From NCBI GenBank assembly GCA_934621295.1, contig CAKTVB010000007.1:6494-70493 (forward strand): DNA of 64,000 bases, read 5' to 3'. Position 1 is the first letter of the stretch, and the number at the start of each line of letters is the position of its first letter. Positions 18,786 to 27,004 of this stretch are shown here, in pieces. Source of the DNA: an uncultured Collinsella sp. (GTDB lineage: Bacteria > Actinomycetota > Coriobacteriia > Coriobacteriales > Coriobacteriaceae). The notes under the pieces were generated by a model. The model had not been told where the DNA came from, searched no databases, and saw nothing but the letters and a program-made list of their open reading frames with translations. The position numbers and the translations under genes were made by a program.

Positions 18786-19949
18786 CTACTTGATCACGCG
18801 TACGCGGTAGATCGCGGGAATCTGCTTCAGGGCCTCGATGGTCGTGGCGTCCAGGTGCTCGTCGGTGTCGAACATGGTGTAGGCGTTCTCGCCCGCGCTT
18901 TCGTTGACCATGCGCTGCACGTTGGCGTTGTCCTTGGCGAGGATGGCCGTGATCTGGCCGATCATGTTGGGCACGTTGGCGTGCAGGCAGGCAATGCGGC
19001 TTGCGGCGCGCGCCTTGCCCATGCTGCAGGCGGGGTAGTTTACGGAGTGGACGATGTTGCCGTTCTCCAGGTAGTCCTTGAGCTCGGAGATGGCCATGTC
19101 GGCGCAGTTGGCCTCGGCCTCGCCGGTGCCAGCGCCCGAGTGCGTGGTGATAAACGTGTTGGACATCTTGACCGTCTTGGGCGTGGCGAAGTCGCAGGAG
19201 AACCAGGAGAGCTTGCCCTCGCGTAGGGCGGCGTCGACGGCGTCCTCGTCGATGATGGTCTCGCGCGCGTAATTGATGAGCACGGCGCCGGGGGCCAGCA
19301 GGTCAAGCTGCTCGGTCGAGATCATGCCGATGGTATCGGCCTTGCTGGGCACGTGGACCGTCAGGTAGTCGCAGCCGCGGCAAAGGTCCTCGAGGGTGCC
19401 CACGCGCTGAACGCTTTGGGAGAGCGCCCATGCATGCTCGACGGAGATGAACGGGTCGTAGCCGTATACGTCCATGCCCAGATCCACGCAGGCGTTGGCC
19501 ACCTTGGAGCCCACGTTGCCCAGGCCAATCACGCCGATACGCTTGCCCTTGAGCTCGCGGCCCACGAAAGCCTTCTTGGCCTTCTCGGCATTGACCAGGA
19601 TGTTGGGGTCCTCGGCGTTGTCGCGCACCCACTGCATGGACTGCACCACGCCGCGGCTGGAAAGGATGAGCGCGGCAAGCACGATCTCTTTCACGGCGTT
19701 GGCGTTGGCACCAGGTGAGTTGAACACCACGACGCCGCGCTTGGCGTACTCCTCGATGGGGATATTATTCACGCCGGCACCGCAGCGGGCGATGGCGCGG
19801 ATGCCCTCGGGCAGCTCGTAGCCGTGCAGGTCGGTTGAGCGCATGAGGATGGCGTCGGCGTCCTCGGTCTTGTCGACAAACTCGTAGCCGTTGCCAAATT
19901 CGACCGTGCCGTCTTTGGTGATGTCGTCGATGATTTTGATTTTACGCAT
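18786..19949 (-). CDS. serA: D-3-phosphoglycerate dehydrogenase with C-terminal ACT domain
   Basis: A 2-hydroxyacid dehydrogenase fold is present (GVIGLGNVGSKVA, catalytic region HSGAGT), and the gene is immediately downstream of serC. Confidence 0.9.
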   Translation of the reverse strand: MRKIKIIDDITKDGTVEFGNGYEFVDKTEDADAILMRSTDLHGYELPEGIRAIARCGAGVNNIPIEEYAKRGVVVFNSPGANANAVKEIVLAALILSSRGVVQSMQWVRDNAEDPNILVNAEKAKKAFVGRELKGKRIGVIGLGNVGSKVANACVDLGMDVYGYDPFISVEHAWALSQSVQRVGTLEDLCRGCDYLTVHVPSKADTIGMISTEQLDLLAPGAVLINYARETIIDEDAVDAALREGKLSWFSCDFATPKTVKMSNTFITTHSGAGTGEAEANCADMAISELKDYLENGNIVHSVNYPACSMGKARAASRIACLHANVPNMIGQITAILAKDNANVQRMVNESAGENAYTMFDTDEHLDATTIEALKQIPAIYRVRVIK

Positions 19950-20024
19950 GTAAGTCTCCTTGTGAGAAATACCGCGCGTGGCGGCAATGGTGATACAGCT
20001 GAGATGGGCCCGCGTTATCGCAGG

Positions 20025-21137
20025 CTACAGAGATCGCGGAGACGGTGCGTGCTCGGCTTCGAACTCGTGCATATAGGCGGCAAGCGCCTCGACGTCCTCC
20101 ATGGTCACGGCGTTGTAGACGCTTGCGCGCATGCCGCCCACCAGGCGATGTCCCTTGATATTCTCGATGCCGCGCTCGTGCGCACCGGCAACGAACTGCG
20201 CGTTGAGCTCGTCGGAATCGGTGCGGAACGTGACGTTGGCGATGGAACGGCTGTCCTTTTGCGCCGTGCCGCGGAAGAGTTGGCTATTGTCGAGCAAATC
20301 GTAAAGCAGGTTTGCCTTTGCCCAGTTGCGCTGCGCCATGGCCTTGAGGCCGCCGGTCTCTTCCACCCAGCGGAAGACCTTGCCGCACACATAGATGCCA
20401 AAGGTGTTGGGCGTGTTGAGCATAGAACCCTTTTGAGCCTGCAGGCACAGGTCCATGTACTGAGGCGTCTGCGCAAAGACGGGGCCGTCCTCCAGCAGGT
20501 CGTCGCGCACGATGATCACCGTGACGCCTGCGGCGCCGGCGTTTTTCTGCGCGCCCGCATAGACCAGGCCGTAGCGTGAGATATCGAGCGGCTGCGAAAG
20601 GAAGCAGCTCGAGACATCGGCAAAGAGGGGAGCGTCGCCGCACTCGGGCAGCTCGTGGAACATGGTGCCAAAGATGGTGTTGTTCTGACAGATGTAGACG
20701 TAATCGAGGTCGCCTGCGGCTGCACGATCGCGCACGGGAACGAGTGCAGGGATGCGGTCGAAATCGGTGTCCTCGCTGGAGGCAAGGTTGACGGCATCAC
20801 CGTACTTCGCGGCTTCTTTCCAAGCCTTCTTGGCGAAGTTGCCCGTGACAAGGTAGCCGGCGCGGCCGGTGCGCATGAAGTTCATGGGAATGCCCGCAAA
20901 CTGCAGCGTGGCACCGCCCTGCAGGAAGATTACTCGGTAGTTTTGCGGAATATCGAGCAGGCGGCGAAGCGTGGCCTCGGCGTCGTCGATGATCTGCTGG
21001 TACATACTCGACCGGTGGCTCATTTCCAAGACGGACATGCCGCAACCCTGGTAATCGAGCATCTCGTTTGCAATCTGCGCCAAGACGCTCTCGGGAAGCG
21101 CGGCGGGGCCGGCCGAGAAGTTGTGCACGCGGGCCAT
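20025..21137 (-). CDS. serC: Phosphoserine aminotransferase
   Basis: The real start is ATG 21137 (MARVHNFSAGPAALP) after GGAGA. It is a class V aminotransferase in a serC-serA operon. Confidence 0.95.
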   Translation of the reverse strand: MARVHNFSAGPAALPESVLAQIANEMLDYQGCGMSVLEMSHRSSMYQQIIDDAEATLRRLLDIPQNYRVIFLQGGATLQFAGIPMNFMRTGRAGYLVTGNFAKKAWKEAAKYGDAVNLASSEDTDFDRIPALVPVRDRAAAGDLDYVYICQNNTIFGTMFHELPECGDAPLFADVSSCFLSQPLDISRYGLVYAGAQKNAGAAGVTVIIVRDDLLEDGPVFAQTPQYMDLCLQAQKGSMLNTPNTFGIYVCGKVFRWVEETGGLKAMAQRNWAKANLLYDLLDNSQLFRGTAQKDSRSIANVTFRTDSDELNAQFVAGAHERGIENIKGHRLVGGMRASVYNAVTMEDVEALAAYMHEFEAEHAPSPRSL

Positions 21138-21303
21138 AAAACAAATCTCCAAAAACAGACTTTGAGGTACGGCCACTTTAGCATGCTAATCCGAGTATTT
21201 CTCTATGGTTTACGATTCTGTTACATGGAGGTTGCTGCGCGAGCATTTTGCTTCGGGCGCTTTTAATGCGGCGCGCTTGTTGAGTTCGTTGATAACGGAC
21301 GAG

Positions 21304-21378
21304 AGCTCCTTCACGTGTGCCCTCGGGGTCCGCGCATAAAAATGCCGGGGGACATCCCTCGGCTCTTGGAGGTCCCTC
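21304..21378 (-). repeat. Left copy of the direct repeat bracketing the DUF3800 gene (terminator hairpin plus GTGAAGGAGCT module)
   Basis: The minus strand reads AGAGGGACCTCCAAGAGCCGAGGGATGTCCCCCGGCATTTTT...CGTGAAGGAGCT. The hairpin at 21344-21363 plus a T-run acts as terminator for the DUF3800 gene. Confidence 0.6.
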
Positions 21379-21424
21379 TATTCGAGGGTACCGATTTCTT
21401 TATAACCTAAATTGCAACTCCGGT

Positions 21425-22102
21425 CTACCGGATACGTTTGGTTCGGATTTTTCTAAGGTGGTTCTTTTTGAAATCTCGGTAGCTTCCAAAGAAGATCTGC
21501 TCGGTCTTCGATTGCTCAGATTTTTCGTATTTAATCCTCGCTAATTCGATTTCACAGATATAGTCTGCAATTTGCTGGAGTCTGAAGTGCCTTGGGTCAC
21601 ATTCTTTATAAATGACCGCCTGAGTCCCAAGAACGTATCCGAACGCCGCGTGGAGGACGTTGGTTACTTCGTTTTGTCCATCGTCGTAATAAATCTTGAC
21701 AGCGTCGTATTCTTGAAAAGACTGCAGCGTATCGAATAAAAAGAGAACCAAATCACGCCGCATCCTTGCGAACATGGTTTCGTCGTTGGTGAATCTGTCT
21801 CTCTGGTAGCTGAACGTTGCATATGTAATGGGGCATTTGTTCGCAAACGAGGCAAAGCCTGCAAGAAGTCGACTTCGCATGCGAGTGTCCATGGCCTTGT
21901 ATGATTCATTGCCGTGCATTAGGGGGTTCATATGGAGTGGGATATCCGGAAGTCCACGTGTTCTAAGTGCATACTCGTAATGTTCGATGGGTTCGACGAT
22001 AGATGCTGATTGATTGTGGAAAACAAGCGTTATCAAATAGTATTTAGCACTGCGCCCTCCGTAGTTGCCGGATTCATCGACGAAAACGGAAAGCTCCTTC
22101 AC
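21425..22102 (-). CDS. DUF3800-family protein (function unknown), low-GC foreign gene
   Basis: GTG start after AGGGAGA. The N-terminal VFVDESGNYG motif is typical of DUF3800. Hand counts of two 60-nt lines give 38-42% GC, against 65% in serC. Confidence 0.8.
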   Translation of the reverse strand: MKELSVFVDESGNYGGRSAKYYLITLVFHNQSASIVEPIEHYEYALRTRGLPDIPLHMNPLMHGNESYKAMDTRMRSRLLAGFASFANKCPITYATFSYQRDRFTNDETMFARMRRDLVLFLFDTLQSFQEYDAVKIYYDDGQNEVTNVLHAAFGYVLGTQAVIYKECDPRHFRLQQIADYICEIELARIKYEKSEQSKTEQIFFGSYRDFKKNHLRKIRTKRIR

Positions 22103-22161
22103 GATGCAGTCTCCCTAAAAACAAAAATGCCGGGGGGATCCCCCGGCCCTTGACTGCCCTC
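22092..22161 (-). repeat. Right copy of the direct repeat bracketing the DUF3800 gene
   Basis: The minus strand reads GGAGGGCAGTCAAGGGCCGGGGGATCCCCCCGGCATTTTTGTTTTT...CGTGAAGGAGCT. The hairpin at 22129-22147 plus a T-run is an orphan terminator with no annotated gene upstream of it. Confidence 0.6.
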
Positions 22162-22461
22162 CATAAAGGAACGCAACCCATTTATACCACGAGACGGGGC
22201 GTCTATTCAAGCAATTATTATAAACACCAAACATATGTTCGTCAATTTAGCAGGGAGTTTGGCTTTCTGGCGGAGTTCCCTGCGATTCTTGCCGTTTGGC
22301 TTCCATGCCCAGCCCTACGTGCCCGTGTGAACATGCGGCGCCGTGTCGCAGTGGCGACACGGCGCAACCTATGCGATATCTATATCCGACTCCTGTAGGT
22401 CCGAACGGCCAAGGATTAGAATGGAAGCCAATGCCGCCCAACAGAAGGAGGCCTCCCAGCC

Positions 22462-22644
22462 ATGCCATACACCGACGACGACAACCTTGACTTCGAGGGC
22501 TTGCGGGCCTTTTTGATGGAGTACTGCGGCACGGCGTTCGCTGCGGGGATGAGGCCGGCGCTTATCGACCTTGCGCGCATCGAGCGCGCGGACCCCGAAG
22601 AACTTTTGCGCATCGCGCAGGAATTGGGCATACAGGTGCGCTAA
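22462..22644 (+). CDS. Small hypothetical protein (60 aa)
   Basis: GAAGGAGG lies upstream, GC3-rich codon usage resembles host genes, and a strong terminator follows directly. Confidence 0.5.
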   Translation: MPYTDDDNLDFEGLRAFLMEYCGTAFAAGMRPALIDLARIERADPEELLRIAQELGIQVR

Positions 22645-22650
22645 CGCGGC

Positions 22651-22691
22651 GGGGCCGCGGGCGAAAATCCATCGCCCGCGGCCCCGTTTTT
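22651..22691 (+). terminator. Terminator shared by the convergent small ORF and antiporter gene
   Basis: GGGGCCGCGGGCGA / TCGCCCGCGGCCCC 14-bp stem followed by GTTTTT. Confidence 0.7.
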
Positions 22692-24287
22692 CTATCCCAG
22701 AGTGGCTATGACTACGTCGTCTCCCGGCAGCAATTGCGTATCGCCGTTGGGAATGATCGTCTCGCCCTCGCGCTTGAGCAGCACGACGATAAAGCGACGT
22801 CCCCCGTGCGGCAGCTCGTGCAGGGCGCATCCCGCCCAGTGATGATGCTTGCCAATGTGATGCTCGCGTAGCGAGACCCCGGCGCGTTCTTCAAATGTGG
22901 GAGCGGCAAGCACAAGCAGGTCGCCCACCTCGATCACGGTATCGCCGTTGGGGATAACGGGCTCGGCGCCGTGCCTCAGTATCAAAACGACCAGCATGCT
23001 CGCCGCCTCGCCGATCTGGGCCAGGCTGCGTCCGACAAAGGAGTGCCCGGCGTCCACCTTGAGCTTGATAAACGAGAGGTCGGTTTCCTCCTGGTAGTCG
23101 TTGAAGGTGCGGCCCACATCGCCCGTCTCGTCGATCATCTTCAGGCGCTTGGCCACAGCCGGCAAAAGCGAGCCCTGCATCACGATCGAGATGATGGCGA
23201 CCATAAACACCAGGTCAAAAAGGTCGCGGCTGCCCGGTACGCCAGACACCACGGTGAACAGCGCAAAGACCACCGAGGCGGCGCCGCGCAGGCCCGCCCA
23301 GGACACCAGTCCGATCTGCCCCAGTCTTCTCCGGCGCGGGGGCATGATCGCGCATACCGCCACCGGCCTGCCGATAAAGAGCATGAAGAGCACGAGCCCC
23401 AGCGCCGGCAGGATGGCTTCTGGCAGGCGGGCGGGGGTTACCAAAAGGCCGATCAAAAAGAAGATCGCCATCTCTGCCATCTCGGTGAGCACGTCAAAGA
23501 CATGCACCATCTCGCGCTTGGAGGGGATGTCCGAGGCTCCCAGCACGATACCCGCCAGGTAAACGGAGAGAAATCCGTTGCCGCCCAGCTGGCTGGGCAC
23601 CGCAAACGAGAGCAACACGATGGCGATGAGCACGATGGTCTCGCTTTGAGACTCGAGGTTCATGCGACAGGCGAGCTTCATGCCGACCCAGCCAAACGCC
23701 AGGCCAAACGCGGCGCCAAAGATGATCTGCTGCGCGATGAGCAAAGGCAGGTTAACGGCTTCGCCCAATGCCAGGGCGCTGAACACGGCGGTGAGCATGT
23801 AGGCGAGCGGGTCGTTGGAGCCAGACTCGACTTCTAGCAGCGAGTCGGTGCCGCCCTTGAGCGAAAGCCGATGCTCGCGCAGGACGGAGAAAACGCTTGC
23901 GGCGTCGGTGGACGAGATGACGGAGCCCAAAAGCAGTGCCAGCGGCCAGTCAAAGCGCAGGACAAAATGGGCGAACACCGCGGTGAGGCCGGCGGTGATC
24001 ACCACGCCCGCGGTGGAGAGCAAGATGGCGGGTACGGCTACGGGGCGTGCGCGCTCGATATTGGTGTTAAAGCCGCCGTAGAACATGATGAAGATGAGGG
24101 CTGCGGTACAGGCACTCTCGGTTGCCTTGAAGTCGTTGAAATTGATATGCAGCGGGCCACCGCTTCCCAAGAACATGCCGAGGGCGATAAAGATAAGCAG
24201 CGTGGGGAAGGGGAGCTTGGCTGCGATGGGCTTGAGCAGGATGCAGGCGATGATAACGGCGCCTACAAAGAGCAGGATCATGTTCAT
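22692..24287 (-). CDS. K+/H+ (cation:proton) antiporter, NhaP2/CPA1-type, with two C-terminal RCK_C (TrkA-C) domains
   Basis: Start ATG 24287 (MNMILLF). About 12 TM segments are followed by two PNGDT...GD repeats. The 24389 start in the ORF track is an extension. Confidence 0.85.
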   Translation of the reverse strand: MNMILLFVGAVIIACILLKPIAAKLPFPTLLIFIALGMFLGSGGPLHINFNDFKATESACTAALIFIMFYGGFNTNIERARPVAVPAILLSTAGVVITAGLTAVFAHFVLRFDWPLALLLGSVISSTDAASVFSVLREHRLSLKGGTDSLLEVESGSNDPLAYMLTAVFSALALGEAVNLPLLIAQQIIFGAAFGLAFGWVGMKLACRMNLESQSETIVLIAIVLLSFAVPSQLGGNGFLSVYLAGIVLGASDIPSKREMVHVFDVLTEMAEMAIFFLIGLLVTPARLPEAILPALGLVLFMLFIGRPVAVCAIMPPRRRRLGQIGLVSWAGLRGAASVVFALFTVVSGVPGSRDLFDLVFMVAIISIVMQGSLLPAVAKRLKMIDETGDVGRTFNDYQEETDLSFIKLKVDAGHSFVGRSLAQIGEAASMLVVLILRHGAEPVIPNGDTVIEVGDLLVLAAPTFEERAGVSLREHHIGKHHHWAGCALHELPHGGRRFIVVLLKREGETIIPNGDTQLLPGDDVVIATLG

Positions 24288-24438
24288 GCGGTCTCGTCTT
24301 TCGGGCGATGCGGCAGGTTCGCTGCCAGGGCAATGCGGTCCAACGCTTTTAATCCTACCCAGATGGTCGCTTGAAAACCGCCTGCCCATCTATCTAGGGC
24401 AACCGTTCACGAACTCTCAACTGGATAATCCTCAAACT

Positions 24439-24467
24439 TTGTCAACCTGCTCCTATGCGTATACAAT
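24439..24467 (+). promoter_or_regulatory. Candidate sigma-70-type promoter for the phosphatase gene
   Basis: TTGTCA (24439-24444), 17-nt spacer, TACAAT (24462-24467). Confidence 0.45.
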
Positions 24468-24502
24468 AACGTTCAAGTTGACGTTTAAGGATGGTGCCCC
24501 GT

Positions 24503-25336
24503 ATGGCGACGTATATCACATCCGATGCCCACGGGCATCTGCGCGCCCTCGACCAAGCGCTCGAGCAAGCTGCTCCCGGCGCGGACGACACGGTGTATGT
24601 GTTGGGCGATATGATTGACCGCGGCCCGGAGCCGGTAGGCGTCATCAACTTGGTGCGGAGCCTGCCCAACGTCCACGTGCTGATGGGCAACCACGAGCGC
24701 CTGATGCTCAACACCATCGAGCGCGGAAACCAGATGGATGTCTTTACCTGGGAGCGAAACGGCGGCTATGTCACCTCGGCCCAGTTCGACGCTCTGCCTA
24801 TTGCAGAGTACCGTTCGATTATCGAGTGGATTCGTGAGCTGCCGCTATCCGATGCGATCGAAGTAGGGGGCAGGTCGTACTTGCTTGCACACGCCGGCAT
24901 TGAGCCCACCGCCTTTGCCTGCTGGCTTGCGGGTGCGGGCTATACCGGCAAGGACGGCTATGCGGATGTTCCTCTCGACGTGCTGCGCCAGGCCCTGGCG
25001 GCACAGGACGAGGAAGATTTGCTGTGGGTTCGCGACGCCTTTTGGGGCGTGCCCACGGGACTTGTGGGCCCCGATGGCCGCGGTCCGGTGGTGATTGCAG
25101 GCCACACGCCTTCCATCTTGCTGTGGCGCTATGCCCAAAACATGTGCGGTACGGGTCGCAACGAGGAGGGCCAGGGCTGCATGCTCGAGGTGGGTCCCAC
25201 GTTCGATACCGGCGGTGTGGCCGACCATATCGCCATCGACTGCTCCGCCGCGGCGGGCGCGCCTGAGGGCCGCGTGGGCGTGATGCGCCTTGACGATCGT
25301 CACGTGTGGTACGGCGCGATTGCCGAAGGGGAATAA
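24503..25336 (+). CDS. Metallophosphoesterase (PPP-family Ser/Thr phosphatase / ApaH-like)
   Basis: Motifs SDAHGH, GDMIDRGP and GNHE are present. The start is ATG 24503 or 24491. Confidence 0.8.
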   Translation: MATYITSDAHGHLRALDQALEQAAPGADDTVYVLGDMIDRGPEPVGVINLVRSLPNVHVLMGNHERLMLNTIERGNQMDVFTWERNGGYVTSAQFDALPIAEYRSIIEWIRELPLSDAIEVGGRSYLLAHAGIEPTAFACWLAGAGYTGKDGYADVPLDVLRQALAAQDEEDLLWVRDAFWGVPTGLVGPDGRGPVVIAGHTPSILLWRYAQNMCGTGRNEEGQGCMLEVGPTFDTGGVADHIAIDCSAAAGAPEGRVGVMRLDDRHVWYGAIAEGE

Positions 25337-25354
25337 CCCGGGCCGCGTGCCCAA

Positions 25355-26836
25355 CTACTTGCAGTGCGGCCTGCGGGCAAACGGATCGCCCGTGGTGCGC
25401 GAGATGATTCCGCGAATGCGCACGTACTGCATCGTGAGCAAAACAAGCAGCAGTGCCATCACCAGAAGGTAGCTCAGCACGGCGCCCAGCAGGCCAAAGA
25501 AGTGCACGAGCACGATTGAGAGCACGATGGCAGCACCAAACGAGATGAGATAGGGCTTGGTTGCCAGGTCCTGGTGGCGCAGCACGGTGATGATCTGGTA
25601 CAAAAAGTCGATTGCCGCAGTAAGGCCGCCGGCGGCCACCATGAGAAACGCGAGCATACGGTACTCGGTAAAGTCGATGCCGTACATGAAGCTCATGATG
25701 TCGATGCCGATCCAACCCATGAAGGCGATAACGGCGAGCGTGAGTACCACCACAACGGCCATCACGGTAAGCATGATGAGGTCAAAACGGCGACGCCTGC
25801 GTGGGTTCGACCAGATGTTTGCCAGGCGCAGGAGCTGCGGCTTGTACACAAAGCCCACGGCGAGCAAAATCGCCTGTGCGGGGAAGAACAGCGCACTGAA
25901 GTAGAGCTGCGCGTCGTAGCCCATCATGCTTTCCATGGCGAACTTGGGGCAGCTCTCAATAAGGTTGAACAGGAAGAGCGTCGAGAAGAGCGGGAAGCAC
26001 TGGCGAAAGAGCCCGCCCACCTCGCGCATACGCCATGGGCCGGATTTCTCCGTCTCGAGCAGTGACAGCGGGAACGTCATGAAAACAAGGGAGAGCACGG
26101 CCACCACGCCTGCGGCAACACAGGCCACGGGCAGGCTGCGCGTGATGAAGAGCATCACGCTGAAGACCGCGACCACGGCTACCGAGCGCAGCGCCTGGCT
26201 CATGCCCGCCAGGTAGAGCTTGTCTGCCTGCTGCAAGCGTCCCTCGTAGATGTCGGCCATGCCGTCGACGATTTTGTACACGTAGATGCCCATGGAGAGC
26301 GTGAACATCGCCGCGTCGTAGCCGCGCAGCATGCAATAGCCGATGCCGATGAGGAGTGCGAGAAGCGACGTGAGCCAGCGGTTGAGCTGATAGGAGGAAA
26401 ACGAGGTGGCCTCGTCGATGTCGGACACCTGGAAGGTGCGCACGCCAAAGTTCGAAAGAATCATCAGCAGCGTGCCCGCCACAAAGGCCATGGAGAACAT
26501 GCCCGCCCGCTCGGCACCAACAAGCTGGGTGCACACGATGGTGAGCAGTGGGAAGACCATGCCCCAGATGCTCGTGCCCACGGTGTTCCAGATGTAATCG
26601 CGCCCGGTGGATCCGGATTCGTATTCTGCTTCTTGTTCGGAAAGAGACCCCTCGTAGACGGCACCGATCAGACGGTTCCACCATTGGTTGACGAGGCGTG
26701 CGAGAGGGGAGGGCGGGCGGTTGCGTCGGTGCTGCCTGTTGCCGGCGCCTGCGGCGCCCGGCCGTGCGGCGATGCGTCTGCCGCTCGATGCTTTGTGGTT
26801 CGTTTGCCGTTCGTTTTGCTTCGGGCGGAGTGCCAC
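25355..26836 (-). CDS. MOP/MATE-superfamily flippase-like membrane protein (polysaccharide or lipid-linked oligosaccharide export)
   Basis: About 12-14 TM segments with a basic N-terminal tail. The family call rests on overall resemblance only. Confidence 0.6.
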   Translation of the reverse strand: MALRPKQNERQTNHKASSGRRIAARPGAAGAGNRQHRRNRPPSPLARLVNQWWNRLIGAVYEGSLSEQEAEYESGSTGRDYIWNTVGTSIWGMVFPLLTIVCTQLVGAERAGMFSMAFVAGTLLMILSNFGVRTFQVSDIDEATSFSSYQLNRWLTSLLALLIGIGYCMLRGYDAAMFTLSMGIYVYKIVDGMADIYEGRLQQADKLYLAGMSQALRSVAVVAVFSVMLFITRSLPVACVAAGVVAVLSLVFMTFPLSLLETEKSGPWRMREVGGLFRQCFPLFSTLFLFNLIESCPKFAMESMMGYDAQLYFSALFFPAQAILLAVGFVYKPQLLRLANIWSNPRRRRRFDLIMLTVMAVVVVLTLAVIAFMGWIGIDIMSFMYGIDFTEYRMLAFLMVAAGGLTAAIDFLYQIITVLRHQDLATKPYLISFGAAIVLSIVLVHFFGLLGAVLSYLLVMALLLVLLTMQYVRIRGIISRTTGDPFARRPHCK

Positions 26837-27004
26837 GCTCGAGACCTCCCTTGTGTTTGTTGGGTCGATTATAGCGCTTCAAACGTGTCAACTCTGTTTC
26901 TCAGCATAATTTCGATGAGCTATCGAAAAAATTTCGGTATCCTTTTGTGCCGAATCTGACAGCTGGCATAGCGCCGGAACAAGATCGTTAGGGAGTTTTT
27001 ACCT

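Noticed and set aside
22397-22420. SRP (4.5S) RNA, suggested by AGGTCCGAACGGCCAAGGATTAGA resembling the AGGUCCGGAAGG...CCAAGG core.
   Set aside because: The conserved GGAAGCAGC segment and the long asymmetric-loop hairpin are missing. The surrounding helices do not fold into an SRP-like rod.
24288-24490. c-di-AMP (ydaO-type) or other riboswitch in the leader of the K+/H+ antiporter gene.
   Set aside because: I could not find the conserved ydaO sequence blocks or pseudo-twofold architecture by eye. The region is better explained by two divergent promoters. An Rfam scan would settle this.
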